Shown here: positions 1 through 9,296 of the stretch, piece after piece
Layout: each line of letters starts with the position of its first letter
Position numbering within the stretch: the stretch's first letter is position 1
Assembly (NCBI GenBank): GCA_025356865.1
Contig: JANXQJ010000123.1
Coordinates: 1 to 52,930 of the forward strand
Direction: 5' to 3'
DNA length: 52,930 nucleotides
From: Deltaproteobacteria bacterium
GTDB lineage: Bacteria > Desulfobacterota > Deferrimicrobia > Deferrimicrobiales > Deferrimicrobiaceae
The notes under the pieces: generated by a model
What the model saw: the letters and a program-made list of their open reading frames with translations, nothing else
Databases searched by the model: none
What the model was told of the DNA's origin: nothing
Translations under genes and position numbers: made by a program

Positions 1-2603
1 TCCATCGCTTTCAACGCCCGGTAGTCCGTTTTTCCCGTTCCCAGCAAGGGGATCTTTTCGACCCGCACGACCTTCCTCACATGATGGATCGGACTCAAGC
101 CCGCCTCCCTGATGGCCGCGTTGGCCGATTCCCGTTCCACCTCGCGCATCGTGAACAGCGTCAGTTCCGGTTGCTCGTCGCTCCCGCTCGATTCCACCGC
201 GAGCTCGGGTTCCGATGCGTCCGCATCCTGGAAGCGGGCCGCGAGCACCTCTTCGATGGCCGGAAGGCTCACCATCTCGCCTCCGATCTTCACGAACCGC
301 TTCAGCCGTCCGCAAAAAACGAGGCAGCCGTCGGGGTCGAACCGCACCAGGTCGCCCGTCCGGTACCACGTCTTCCCCTCGAACGTCTCGAACGGCGAGG
401 CCCCCCCGTAATTCAGGTAGCCGCCGAAGATGTTTTTTCCGCGAACCAGCAGCATCCCGGGCTTGCCCTCCGGCGCCCGCCTGTCTCCCTCGACTTCCCG
501 GAGTGCCCCTTCGACGCCCGGAAGGAGTTTGCCGACCGTTCCGGGGCGCGGATTCTCGACCCGGTTCACGCTGACGAAGGGGCTGCACTCGGTGATCCCG
601 TACCCCTCGATCACCACGAGTCCCGGCTTGCGGCGGGCCAGCGTTTCGTAGAGCGACTCCGGGCACTTCTCGGCGCCGGTGACGACGAGGCGAAGCGGCG
701 CGAGCTGGGCGTCTGTCGCGACCTGCACGATTCCCTTCATGAATGTGGGCGTCCCCATCAGGATGGTGGCCCGGTACGCCTCGACCATGACGGCAAGCGT
801 GGCGCCTTCGGTCGGGTTCGGGTGGAAGGCCGCGGGGATTCCCGCCAGCAGCGGAAGCAGCATGTTCCCCGTCAGCCCGAAGCTGTGGAAGGGCGGGAGA
901 AAAGCCAGCAGCCGGTCCGACGGCTTGATCGAGATCACGGACAGCACGTCGCGCAGGTTGAAGAGCAGGTTCCCGTGCGTCAGCGGCACGGCCTTGGGCA
1001 GGTTTTCGCTGCCGCTGGTGAAGAGCACGACCGCGGTTGGCGGCACCTTGGCGCGCCGTAGTGCGCGCCACGTGAGACGGCTCTGGAGCAGGGCATAAAG
1101 CTTCGCGACTTTCGAAATCCGGGGGGCGAGCGTCTCGACGGGCAGGAAGCGATCGTTCAGCGCGTCGAGGGCGATCCCCTTTTCCTTGAGTTTCCGAAGG
1201 AGGGCGTCGGCCGTCAGTACGTGCCTGATCTTCAGCAGGTCGAGCGCGTGGACGAGGTTGCGTTCTCCGACCGTCCAGTTGAGCATCACGGGCGTCTTGC
1301 CCGCGAAAAGCGTCGCCAGGTAGAGGACGGCAACACCGGCGCTCGCCGGGAACATCAGCCCGATGTACTCCCCCTCGAGCTTTTCGATTTCCGGTTTGAG
1401 CGCCAGGATGCCGAGGACGAGGTCGCGGTATCGCCGCACGCCGCCGGTCTGGTCGGCGAGGGCGGGGCGGCCGGGTCCGAGCGCGGCCTGGCGCAGGAAT
1501 ACATCCGTGATCGTGTCGCCTTCCGGTATTCCGGGCGCGCGCACGCCGTCGACCGCCCAGTCGGGCGGAACCGGTTTCATCTCGGGCGGCGCCTCGGTCA
1601 GCTCACCGGCCGCCGCGAGCAACGCGTCGGCGACGGTCTGGAGCGACTCGGGATCGCGGACCGATTTTCCGAATTTCGATTCGACGAAGAGCAGCAATTC
1701 CAGCTTCTTGAGACTGTCCATCGCGAGGTCGCGGTCGAGCGACTGGTCGTCCCGGATTTCGCCGACGCCGCACATCTCCCGAAGCTGGGCGACCATCTGT
1801 TCCCGGATGTCGGACGGGACATCAACCGCGTCGGTCGACCCGCCGCCCCCTTCGATGTCGGGAAGTTCCCGGATGCCGCCCGGTTCGAAGGGGGAGTAGG
1901 GAACGTAGGTCGCAGGGGGGATGTCGCGGTTATAGATTGCCTCGAGCGCCCGGTTGAGCGGCAGTCGTCCGTCGCCGCGCGGCAGTTCGGGTTCGGTCAC
2001 CTCGATCGTGACCGGGCGCCTGGGCGCGAAAAACAGGCCGCCGGCGAGCAGTCCCATGAGGCCGCGCTTCACGGTTCCGCCGAAATCGGGGTATTTGCCG
2101 GCTGCGAAGCTGAAGCCGCTGCCCCACAGTCCCGTCGTGCGGACGACCAGGATCCGGATGTCGGGGTTTTCCGCGAGAATCGTCTCGACCGCGCTCGCGG
2201 CGCGCAGCGCCTCCCGTTTCGACCGCATGATGCGTCCCGCCGGGTAGAGCACCACGTTCTCGCCGGCCTTGAGGTCGGCGGCGCACGCCTTCAGTCCGGC
2301 TTCGACCTCGGGGCGGCTCGACTCGCCGTAGACGGCCGGATCCGGGATCGTATGAATCCGGAACCGGCGCACGATCCAGCCGCGAAAGCCCCCCTTCATC
2401 TGGTCGCGGTCGGCGAGCGTCGTGGGCCGGAACGCCGGGTAAAGGTGGGTCAACACGAGGAGCGGGTCCACGAGCGCGGGATGGTTCGGGAGGATCAGGC
2501 AGCCGCGAAACGGTTTGCCGTTCAGTTTTTCCAGCCCACGGATCGTCACCCGGTAGCGCAGCGACAAAAGGGAGCGGACCAGGGCGAGCAGCAGGTCGTT
2601 CAT
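1..2603 (-). CDS. aas: Aas-like acyltransferase / acyl carrier / AMP-binding acyl-ACP synthetase fusion (3' end just outside the window)
   Basis: Not in the ORF track because it is truncated; translated by hand from ATG at 2603. Shows MNDLLLALVRSLLSLRYRV...LILPNHPALVDP (PlsC HxxxxD), internal ACP-like DLAMDSLKKLELL (~1690-1730), AMP-binding VLFTSGSENLPKAVPLTHGNL, EGYGITECSP and terminal IPLLGTGKTDYRALKAM. Start overlaps the MFS stop (ATGA). Confidence 0.88.
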   Translation of the reverse strand, partial: MNDLLLALVRSLLSLRYRVTIRGLEKLNGKPFRGCLILPNHPALVDPLLVLTHLYPAFRPTTLADRDQMKGGFRGWIVRRFRIHTIPDPAVYGESSRPEVEAGLKACAADLKAGENVVLYPAGRIMRSKREALRAASAVETILAENPDIRILVVRTTGLWGSGFSFAAGKYPDFGGTVKRGLMGLLAGGLFFAPRRPVTIEVTEPELPRGDGRLPLNRALEAIYNRDIPPATYVPYSPFEPGGIRELPDIEGGGGSTDAVDVPSDIREQMVAQLREMCGVGEIRDDQSLDRDLAMDSLKKLELLLFVESKFGKSVRDPESLQTVADALLAAAGELTEAPPEMKPVPPDWAVDGVRAPGIPEGDTITDVFLRQAALGPGRPALADQTGGVRRYRDLVLGILALKPEIEKLEGEYIGLMFPASAGVAVLYLATLFAGKTPVMLNWTVGERNLVHALDLLKIRHVLTADALLRKLKEKGIALDALNDRFLPVETLAPRISKVAKLYALLQSRLTWRALRRAKVPPTAVVLFTSGSENLPKAVPLTHGNLLFNLRDVLSVISIKPSDRLLAFLPPFHSFGLTGNMLLPLLAGIPAAFHPNPTEGATLAVMVEAYRATILMGTPTFMKGIVQVATDAQLAPLRLVVTGAEKCPESLYETLARRKPGLVVIEGYGITECSPFVSVNRVENPRPGTVGKLLPGVEGALREVEGDRRAPEGKPGMLLVRGKNIFGGYLNYGGASPFETFEGKTWYRTGDLVRFDPDGCLVFCGRLKRFVKIGGEMVSLPAIEEVLAARFQDADASEPELAVESSGSDEQPELTLFTMREVERESANAAIREAGLSPIHHVRKVVRVEKIPLLGTGKTDYRALKAM

Positions 2604-3856
2604 CGGATCGACTCCTTGGGCAGGACCCGCCCGATCACCAGGGTGAAGAGGGCGGCGGATAGCGCGAGGATGCCGAACGACTGCGTCGGCAGCAGGAAGC
2701 GGTTCAGGATGTTGGAGAGGCCGCTGGCGATGGCCATCCCGAGGAACACGGCGAAGTTGGCGCTGGCCCAGACGGCGCCCTTGCGCTCGGGCGCCGGCCG
2801 CACCTGGATGAAGCTTTCGCACGGGATGAGGATGAGGCCGCCGCTGGCGCCGACCAGTCCGAGCAGCGGGAAGAGGAGCGGCAGGCGCCAGCCTTCCGGA
2901 AGCGACGGAAGCGCGAAGACGGCGGCCAGGGTGAGCGCCATGACGAGCCCCGCCGGTGCCATCACCCGGTGCCACCATTCCCCTTTCGCCAGCCTCGCTG
3001 CGAGCAATCCGCCGAGGCCGATGCCGATCATCTGCGATGCGACAAGCAGGCTGGTGGCGCGGTTGGACAGGTGGAACTGGGAAAGGCCCATCGGGTTGAT
3101 GAGCAGCAGCTGCAGGACGCCGAGCGACCAGATGAAGACGTCGGCGCCGATGACGGTGCCGAGCAGCCGGTCGCGGCAGGCGGAAATCAGCTCCCGCATC
3201 GTGTCGACGGGACCGCTCCACGGGAAGGGGCGGGTCGGGTCGGCCGCAGCCCGCCGCGGAACGCCGAAGGCGACCGGGATTCCGAGAGCCCCGATGGCGA
3301 TCACCACGCAGGCGAGCGCCACGCGGCCGAAGGGAGCGCCCATCAACGGGGCGCCGGAAAGGTCGAGCACGATGCCGGCCGATGCGGTCCCGACCAGGAT
3401 GCCGCCGGTGACGAGCATGCGGAACACCGCGTTGACGCGGGTGACCCGCGATTCGTCGAACATCTCGGGGATGGCGCCGTTGAGCGCCGGGCTGAAGAAG
3501 GCGGATTGCAGCCCCATGAGCCCGACCATTCCCACCATGAGCCAGAGGTTTCCGGTGACGAGTCCCGCGGCGCCGACGGCTGCGCCGAGCAGTTCCGTGA
3601 TTTTCGCCGCGATGACCACGTTGCGCTTGGCGAAGCGGTCAGCCGCCCATCCGGCAGGCGCCGCGAAGAGGATGAACGGGAGCATGAAGGCGATCGCCGC
3701 GCTTCCCTGCATCCCGGTCTGTCCGAGGCCCACGGCGATCAGCATGACCGCCTGCTTGAAGAAGTTGTCGTTGAAGGTCCCCAGGAAATAGGCGCCCCCC
3801 ATGGCGGCGAAGGCGCCGCGCCCGCCTTCGGCGGAGTCGATCCTCGTGGTATTCAT
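2600..3856 (-). CDS. lplT: MFS transporter, lysophospholipid transporter LplT-like
   Basis: FLGTFNDNFFKQA, LPFILFAAPAGWAADRFAKRNV and QSAFFSPALNGAIPE motifs; many TM segments; coupled to the aas-like gene. Start taken at MNTTRID (ATG 3856), not the ORF-track start. Confidence 0.82.
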   Translation of the reverse strand: MNTTRIDSAEGGRGAFAAMGGAYFLGTFNDNFFKQAVMLIAVGLGQTGMQGSAAIAFMLPFILFAAPAGWAADRFAKRNVVIAAKITELLGAAVGAAGLVTGNLWLMVGMVGLMGLQSAFFSPALNGAIPEMFDESRVTRVNAVFRMLVTGGILVGTASAGIVLDLSGAPLMGAPFGRVALACVVIAIGALGIPVAFGVPRRAAADPTRPFPWSGPVDTMRELISACRDRLLGTVIGADVFIWSLGVLQLLLINPMGLSQFHLSNRATSLLVASQMIGIGLGGLLAARLAKGEWWHRVMAPAGLVMALTLAAVFALPSLPEGWRLPLLFPLLGLVGASGGLILIPCESFIQVRPAPERKGAVWASANFAVFLGMAIASGLSNILNRFLLPTQSFGILALSAALFTLVIGRVLPKESIR

Positions 3857-4110
3857 CGGTGGATCATAACGGAATCGGGCCACGCGCGCTCCTCCCTTTC
3901 CCTGAAACCGAGCGCTTCCTTGAGGGCGACATCCCGGTCCCACGGATTCCCGATCCGGCCGATCTCGAGGATCCGCCTGGCGCCGAGCCGCCGGGGAAAT
4001 GCCCAGGGGGAGACGATCGCGGTCGCCGGGAGCGGCATGTCGGAACCGTACAGGGGCCGGCTGTGCAGTTCCCGGTGGGCCAGGAGGCGCGGCAGGACGG
4101 ATGCCCGGCA
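3853..4110 (-). pseudogene. C-terminal remnant of an amidohydrolase-family protein
   Basis: Frame reads RLLAHRELHSRPLYGSDMPLP...VSPWAFP...RIGNPWDRDVALKEALG, resembling the end of Amidohydro_2-type proteins (LYGSDxP). TGA overlaps the MFS ATG; the N-terminal metal-binding part is absent. Confidence 0.6.
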
Positions 4111-4183
4111 CGGCAATTACGAGGAGGTCGCCCGCCGGACGGGGCTGGACCGTCGCACCGTCGAAATACATTCTGTCTCTTGA
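4106..4183 (+). pseudogene. Remnant C-terminal helix-turn-helix of a sigma-54-type (Fis-like HTH) regulator
   Basis: RHGNYEEVARRTGLDRRTV followed by a decayed tail; no upstream AAA+ domain or start in frame. Confidence 0.5.
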
Positions 4184-4208
4184 CACCTGAGGCCGGGTGT
4201 TATAAATT
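4180..4208 (+). promoter_or_regulatory. sigma70-type promoter for rplS
   Basis: TTGACA at 4180-4185, then TG-T-TATAAA (4201-4206) or TAAATT (4203-4208, 17-bp spacer) in an AT-rich patch. Confidence 0.7.
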
Positions 4209-4255
4209 TACAGGTCTCATTTTAGACGGTCAATGAATCCATGAAGGTGGGCGAC

Positions 4256-4687
4256 ATGAATCTCCTGCAGGAACTTGAAAGATCGAATCTGCGTACCGAT
4301 TTCCCGCCGTTCAACGCCGGCGACACGGTCCGCGTTTACTCGCGCATCAAGGAAGGCGACAAGGAGCGGACGCAGTACTTCGATGGCATCGTCATCGGAT
4401 TCCACCGCAACGGCATCTCCTCCACCTTCAAGGTGCGGAAAGAATCGTACGGCGTCGGCGTCGAGCGCACCTACCCGATGCACTCCCCGCTGCTCGAGAA
4501 GATCGAAGTCAAGAAGCGGGGCGACGTCCGTCGCGCCAAGCTCTTCTTCCTTCGCGAAGTGTCGGGCAAGAAGGCGCGTATCAAGGAGAAGAAGGACTGG
4601 ATCTCCAAGAAGAGCCTCAAGGGTCCTTCGCAGGGCGCCGCGGCCCAGACGCTCGAACCGGCCGCACCCGAAGCGACCGCCGAATAG
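4256..4687 (+). CDS. rplS: 50S ribosomal protein L19
   Basis: [26 protein letters not shown]...GVGVERTYP...[13 protein letters not shown]. Start ATG 4256 after AAGGTGG; alternative 4241. Confidence 0.97.
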   Translation: MNLLQELERSNLRTDFPPFNAGDTVRVYSRIKEGDKERTQYFDGIVIGFHRNGISSTFKVRKESYGVGVERTYPMHSPLLEKIEVKKRGDVRRAKLFFLREVSGKKARIKEKKDWISKKSLKGPSQGAAAQTLEPAAPEATAE

Positions 4688-4697
4688 CTTCACCTTT

Positions 4698-5288
4698 TTG
4701 GACGGCTTCGAGGCCCAGGCCCGCGCGAACGGTTTTTTCGCGCCCGCCGGTGTCGACGAGGCTGGCAGGGGACCGCTGGCGGGTCCGGTCGTCGCCGCCG
4801 CCGTGATTCTCCCCGAGGGGTACGACCACCCTCTGATTCGTGATTCGAAGGCCCTTTCCCCCAAAGCGCGGGAAAGGGCCTTTTCTATTGTCGTCGCCGA
4901 CGCGGTCGCCTATGCGATCGCCGAGGCCTCTCCCCTTGAAATAGACACCGTCAACATCCTGCAGGCGTCGCTGCTGGCGATGCGGCGCGCGGTCGAGAAA
5001 CTCTCCGTCCCGGCCGATTTCCTCTACGTCGACGGGACATTCCCCGTACCTTGCGTTCTGCCGCAGTTGCCGCTCGTCAAGGGCGATTCGCGCTGCCGGT
5101 CGGTGGCCGCCGCCTCGATCCTGGCCAAGGTGACGCGCGACGCGTCGATGCTCGAATTCGACCGCATCTATCCCGGCTACGGATTCGCCGGGCACAAGGG
5201 CTATCCGACCAAGGCCCATTACGCGGCGATCCGGCTCCTGGGTCCCTGTCCGATCCACCGGACGACCTTTCGCGGGGTCGTCGAATGA
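4698..5288 (+). CDS. rnhB: Ribonuclease HII
   Basis: AGVDEAGRGPLAGPVVAAAV, DSKAL, KGDSRCRSVAAASILAKVTRD, HKGYPT. Start approximate (TTG 4698 just after the rplS stop). Confidence 0.95.
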   Translation: MDGFEAQARANGFFAPAGVDEAGRGPLAGPVVAAAVILPEGYDHPLIRDSKALSPKARERAFSIVVADAVAYAIAEASPLEIDTVNILQASLLAMRRAVEKLSVPADFLYVDGTFPVPCVLPQLPLVKGDSRCRSVAAASILAKVTRDASMLEFDRIYPGYGFAGHKGYPTKAHYAAIRLLGPCPIHRTTFRGVVE

Positions 5289-5668
5289 CGGTCGACCCGC
5301 GCCGCGCGGCGGGGCGGGAGGCCGAAGGCGCCGCGGCGCGGCACCTCGAATCGCTGGGGATGACCGTCGTGGGACGCAATGTCCGTGCGGGCCGGGGCGA
5401 AATAGACCTGGTGGCGCGCGACGGCGAGGTGCTCGTCTTCGTCGAGGTGCGGTATCGCGAGAGCGACGCGTTCGGTCCGCCCGAAGACTCGGTCGGGGTG
5501 CTCAAGCGTCTGCGCGTGGTGCGGGCGGCGAAAAGCTACCTGGCCGAAATCGGTCCGGCGGGATGGAAAGAGGCGAGGTTCGACGTGGTGGCGGTGGAAG
5601 GAAGCGGGGAAGCACCCGTCATCCGGCACTTCCCCGCGGCGTTCGATGCGAAGGGAAAGGCGTTATAG
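5285..5668 (+). CDS. yraN: YraN family (UPF0102) nuclease-like protein
   Basis: GREAEGAAARHL...RNVRAGRGEIDLVARDGEVLVFVEVRYR...RFDVVAV; ATGA overlap with rnhB; usual rplS-rnhB-yraN order. Confidence 0.93.
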   Translation: MTVDPRRAAGREAEGAAARHLESLGMTVVGRNVRAGRGEIDLVARDGEVLVFVEVRYRESDAFGPPEDSVGVLKRLRVVRAAKSYLAEIGPAGWKEARFDVVAVEGSGEAPVIRHFPAAFDAKGKAL

Positions 5669-5682
5669 CCCTCCCGGTTTGA

Positions 5683-6711
5683 CTACCCGAAAAACGTCTC
5701 GGCCAGCGCGTAGATTTCCGGGTCGACGGTCTTGAGCTTGCCCGCGACCTCGGAAAGCGGGATCGCCACGATCTCGTTGCCGCGCAGCGCCGCCATCTTC
5801 CCGAATTCTCCCCGGTGGATCATCTCGGCCGCGAAGACGCCGTAGCGGGTGGCCAGCACCCGGTCGTGCGCGGTCGGCGTTCCGCCGCGCTGGGTATGGC
5901 CCAGGACGACGCAGCGCGTCTCGAACTTGGTGCGCCGCTCGATCTCGCGCCCCAGGATCTGGGAGACGCCGCCCAGGCGGATGTGGCCGAATTCGTCGAG
6001 ATCCTTCTTGGAGGCCTCGAGCCCGGAACCCTCGGTGAACTCGATCCCCTCGGCCACGACGACGACGCTGAAGCTCTTGCCGCGTGCGTGCCGCCGGCGG
6101 ATGACGTCGCAAACCACGTTGACGTCGACCGGCCTTTCGGGGATGAGCGTGAGGTCGGCGCCGCCGGCCAGCCCTGCGAATATGGCGATCCAGCCGACGT
6201 GGCGTCCCATCACCTCGACGAGCATGACGCGGTTGTGCGCCTCGGCCGTGGTGTGGATCCGGTCGATCGCCTCGGTCGCGATGCTGACCGCCGTGTCGAA
6301 GCCGAAGGTGAAGTCGGTGCCGAACAGGTCGTTGTCGATCGTCTTGGGAACGCCGACGACCGGCAGCCCCATTTCGGCGAATCGGGCGGTGCACCCCATC
6401 GTCCCCTCGCCGCCGATGACCACGAGCCCCTCGAGCCCCATCAGCCGGAAATTGTTCATCACGGTTTCGGCGCCGCCCGGGTTCTTGAACGGATTGCAGC
6501 GCGACGTGCCGATGATCGTGCCGCCCAGGTGCAGGATGCCCGAGGCCGTCTTCGAGTCGAGTTCGATATACGAATTGTCGAGCAGCCCCTGCCAGCCGTT
6601 GCGCACGCCGACGACCTGCGAGCCGCTCTTGTGAGCCTTGCGGACCACCGCCCGGATGACCGCGTTAAGCCCGGGGCAGTCGCCCCCTCCCGTCAACACG
6701 CCGATCTTCAT
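5683..6711 (-). CDS. pfkA: 6-phosphofructokinase (likely ATP-dependent)
   Basis: GVLTGGGDCPGLNAVIRAVV, GGTIIGTSR, IGGEGT, PKTIDND, EVMGRHVGWIA, LGHTQRGG. Confidence 0.96.
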   Translation of the reverse strand: MKIGVLTGGGDCPGLNAVIRAVVRKAHKSGSQVVGVRNGWQGLLDNSYIELDSKTASGILHLGGTIIGTSRCNPFKNPGGAETVMNNFRLMGLEGLVVIGGEGTMGCTARFAEMGLPVVGVPKTIDNDLFGTDFTFGFDTAVSIATEAIDRIHTTAEAHNRVMLVEVMGRHVGWIAIFAGLAGGADLTLIPERPVDVNVVCDVIRRRHARGKSFSVVVVAEGIEFTEGSGLEASKKDLDEFGHIRLGGVSQILGREIERRTKFETRCVVLGHTQRGGTPTAHDRVLATRYGVFAAEMIHRGEFGKMAALRGNEIVAIPLSEVAGKLKTVDPEIYALAETFFG

Positions 6712-6888
6712 GCACCGCTCCCTTCGAGACGAAAATCATTTAGTTGCCGGTCGGCAGATTCGCCCTTGAAATCCACTGGAATTATCGCACAAGAAGGGGT
6801 TCGGCGGGTGTCCCAACCGCTGGAAGGCGGCCGGAAGTTGTGGTAATTTGAAGCGTTTACAATCCACGCGACATGAAAGGGGAAGGGA

Positions 6889-8697
6889 GTGTCCGTCCCG
6901 TCCAAAGAAGGACTCGTGCTGCTTTCCGGAAACGAGGCCATCGCGCGCGGCGCATTCGAAGCCGGCGTAAAGGTCGCCTCCGCCTATCCGGGAACGCCCA
7001 GCACCGAAATCCTCGAGAATTTCGCCAGGTACGAAGGCGTCTACGCCGAGTGGGCTCCCAACGAGAAGGTGTCGGTCGAGGTGGCGATCGGCGCTTCGAT
7101 GGCCGGCGTCCGGGCGCTCTCCACCATGAAGCACGTCGGCGTCAACGTCGCGGCCGACCCGATCTTCACCGCCTCCTATACCGGTGTTCGCGGCGGGCTG
7201 GTCATCGTCGCGGCCGACGATCCCGAGATGCACTCCTCCCAGAACGAGCAGGACAGCCGCCACTACGCGGTCGCCGCCAAGATTCCGATGCTCGAGCCGT
7301 CCGATTCGGCCGAGGCGCGCGAATACACGCTGCTCGCATACGAGCTTTCCGAACGGTTCGACACGCCGTTCTTCCTGCGCTCCACGACGCGGATCGCCCA
7401 CGCCAAGGGGGCGGTCAGGCTCGAAGCGCCGGTCGTCCCGCCCGTCGAGCCCGGCATCGTCCGCGATGCGGCCAAGTGGGTGATGCTTCCGGTCCACGCC
7501 AGGTGGCGTCACGGGCTGGTCGAGCAGCGAACGTTGGCACTGGTCGAATACGCCGAGACGTCGGGCATCAACCGGGTCGAGCCGGGCGACCGGTCGCTGG
7601 GCATCATCACCGGCGGCGTTTCCTACCAGTACGTCAAGGAGGCGTTCCCCGCGGCGTCGGTGCTCAAGCTGGGGATGGCCTGGCCGATGCCCGAAAAGAT
7701 GATCCGCGACTTCGCGGCCGGCGTCGACCGGCTGGTCGTCGTCGAGGAGCTCGACCCGCACATCGAGACGCACGTCAAGGCGCTCGGCCTCAAGACGCAC
7801 GGGAAGGATCTCATCCCGATCTGCGGCGAGCTCGACCCCCGGATCGTCCGCGAAGGCATCACCGGGGAAAAGGCGCCCGCGCATTCCCCCGAGCGGGTGC
7901 CCAACCGTCCGCCCAACCTGTGCCCCGGCTGTCCGCACCGCGGCCTGTTCTTCGTGCTCAACAAACTCAAGGCGATCGTTTCGGGCGACATCGGCTGCTA
8001 CACGCTGGCGGCGCTTCCGCCCCTTTCGGCGATGGACCTCTGTGTCTGCATGGGCGCTTCGGTGAGCGCGGCGCACGGGATGGAGAAGGCGCTGGGCAAG
8101 GGGGCGCACGGCCAGGTCGTCGCGGTCATCGGCGACTCGACCTTCCTCCACTCCGGCATCACCGGGCTGATCGACATCGTCTACAACCGGGGCAAATCGA
8201 CGGTCATCATCCTCGACAACGGCATCACCGCGATGACCGGCGCCCAGGAAAACCCGTCGACGGGCAAGACGCTGCAGGGCCAACCCACGCACCGGATCGA
8301 CTTCGTCGCGCTGTGCCGGGCGATCGGCGTCGAGCACGTCTACCCGGTCAACCCGCACGACATGGAAGCCACCGAGGTCGTGCTCCGGCGCGAAATGGCG
8401 CGCGAGGCGCCGTCGGTCGTCATCACGCAGGCATTGTGCGCGCTCCTCCCCGAGCACCGCAGAGCCGAGCGTCCGGTCTACGAAGTGTCGACCGCGGCGT
8501 GCGTCGGCTGCAAGGCGTGCTCGAAACTGGGCTGTCCCGCCATCGAGTGGGTCGCGTACACCCCAGAAGAGGCGGCTGCGGCCGGGAAGAAGTCCGCCCA
8601 AAAAGGGGTGACGCGGATCAACCCGCTGCTGTGCGACGGCTGCGGCCAGTGTCCCCCGCTGTGCAAATTCAATGCAATTCTCGAGAAAAAACGATGA
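6889..8697 (+). CDS. iorA: Indolepyruvate:ferredoxin oxidoreductase alpha subunit
   Basis: LSGNEAIARG, YPGTPSTEI, MKHVGVNVAADP, HSSQNEQDSR, RPPNLCPGCPHR, GDIGCY, IGDSTFLHSG, C-terminal ferredoxin Cys motifs. Confidence 0.95.
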   Translation: MSVPSKEGLVLLSGNEAIARGAFEAGVKVASAYPGTPSTEILENFARYEGVYAEWAPNEKVSVEVAIGASMAGVRALSTMKHVGVNVAADPIFTASYTGVRGGLVIVAADDPEMHSSQNEQDSRHYAVAAKIPMLEPSDSAEAREYTLLAYELSERFDTPFFLRSTTRIAHAKGAVRLEAPVVPPVEPGIVRDAAKWVMLPVHARWRHGLVEQRTLALVEYAETSGINRVEPGDRSLGIITGGVSYQYVKEAFPAASVLKLGMAWPMPEKMIRDFAAGVDRLVVVEELDPHIETHVKALGLKTHGKDLIPICGELDPRIVREGITGEKAPAHSPERVPNRPPNLCPGCPHRGLFFVLNKLKAIVSGDIGCYTLAALPPLSAMDLCVCMGASVSAAHGMEKALGKGAHGQVVAVIGDSTFLHSGITGLIDIVYNRGKSTVIILDNGITAMTGAQENPSTGKTLQGQPTHRIDFVALCRAIGVEHVYPVNPHDMEATEVVLRREMAREAPSVVITQALCALLPEHRRAERPVYEVSTAACVGCKACSKLGCPAIEWVAYTPEEAAAAGKKSAQKGVTRINPLLCDGCGQCPPLCKFNAILEKKR

Positions 8698-9296
8698 GCG
8701 TAAAAAGCGGCAACATCTTCCTGGCGGGTGTCGGCGGACAGGGCACGCTCCTCGCGTCCGAGCTTTTGTCCGAGGCGTTCCTCCTCGCCGGCCACGACGT
8801 GAAAAATAGCGAGGTGCACGGCATGGCCCAACGGGGCGGCGCCGTGACCACGCACATCCGGTTCGGTCCCAAAGTCTATTCTCCCCTGATCGAGCCGGGT
8901 TGCGCCGACCTGCTCGTCGCCTTCGAAAAGATGGAGGCGCTCCGCTTCGTCCACTACCTGGCGCCGGGCGGCGTCGTGGTTGCCAACACGCAGGAGATCC
9001 AGCCCCCATCCGTCCTGCGAGGGCTCGAACTTTATCCGGGCGACATCGAGGAGCGCCTGCGCGCCGCGGCCGGCCGGTTGTTCCTGGTCGACGCGCTTTC
9101 GGCGGCGCTGGCCTTGAAGGAGGTCCGGGCGGTCAACGTCGTGATGGTGGCTGCGGCGTCGCACTTCCTGCCGCTCCCCGCGCAGGCCTACGAAGATGCG
9201 CTGAAATTGCGGCTTCCGGCGAAGATCCTCGACGTGAACGTCGCCGCCTTCCGGGCGGGGCGCGAGTTGCTATCCCCCACAGGAGGGGCCGCATGA
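8694..9296 (+). CDS. iorB: Indolepyruvate:ferredoxin oxidoreductase beta subunit
   Basis: [16 protein letters not shown]...[13 protein letters not shown]...VYSPLI; ATGA overlap with iorA. Confidence 0.94.
   Translation: MSVKSGNIFLAGVGGQGTLLASELLSEAFLLAGHDVKNSEVHGMAQRGGAVTTHIRFGPKVYSPLIEPGCADLLVAFEKMEALRFVHYLAPGGVVVANTQEIQPPSVLRGLELYPGDIEERLRAAAGRLFLVDALSAALALKEVRAVNVVMVAAASHFLPLPAQAYEDALKLRLPAKILDVNVAAFRAGRELLSPTGGAA

Noticed and set aside
1221-3791. 856-aa + strand ORF (also 81..1061)
   Set aside because: Antisense shadow of the aas-like and MFS genes; no motifs. Long shadow ORFs are expected in GC-rich DNA.
4275-4697. Long N-terminal extension of RNase HII overlapping rplS (possible frameshift fusion)
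   Set aside because: The extension is an off-frame read of rplS; rplS has its own stop and RNase HII similarity starts after it; no slippery site before the rplS stop.
6873-8693. ORF-track N-terminal extensions of iorB (likewise paaK, SBP2, livG, the peptide SBP, oppF, thiE2 and the ferritin-like gene)
   Set aside because: They overlap upstream genes out of frame; true starts were chosen from RBS and stop-start overlaps.
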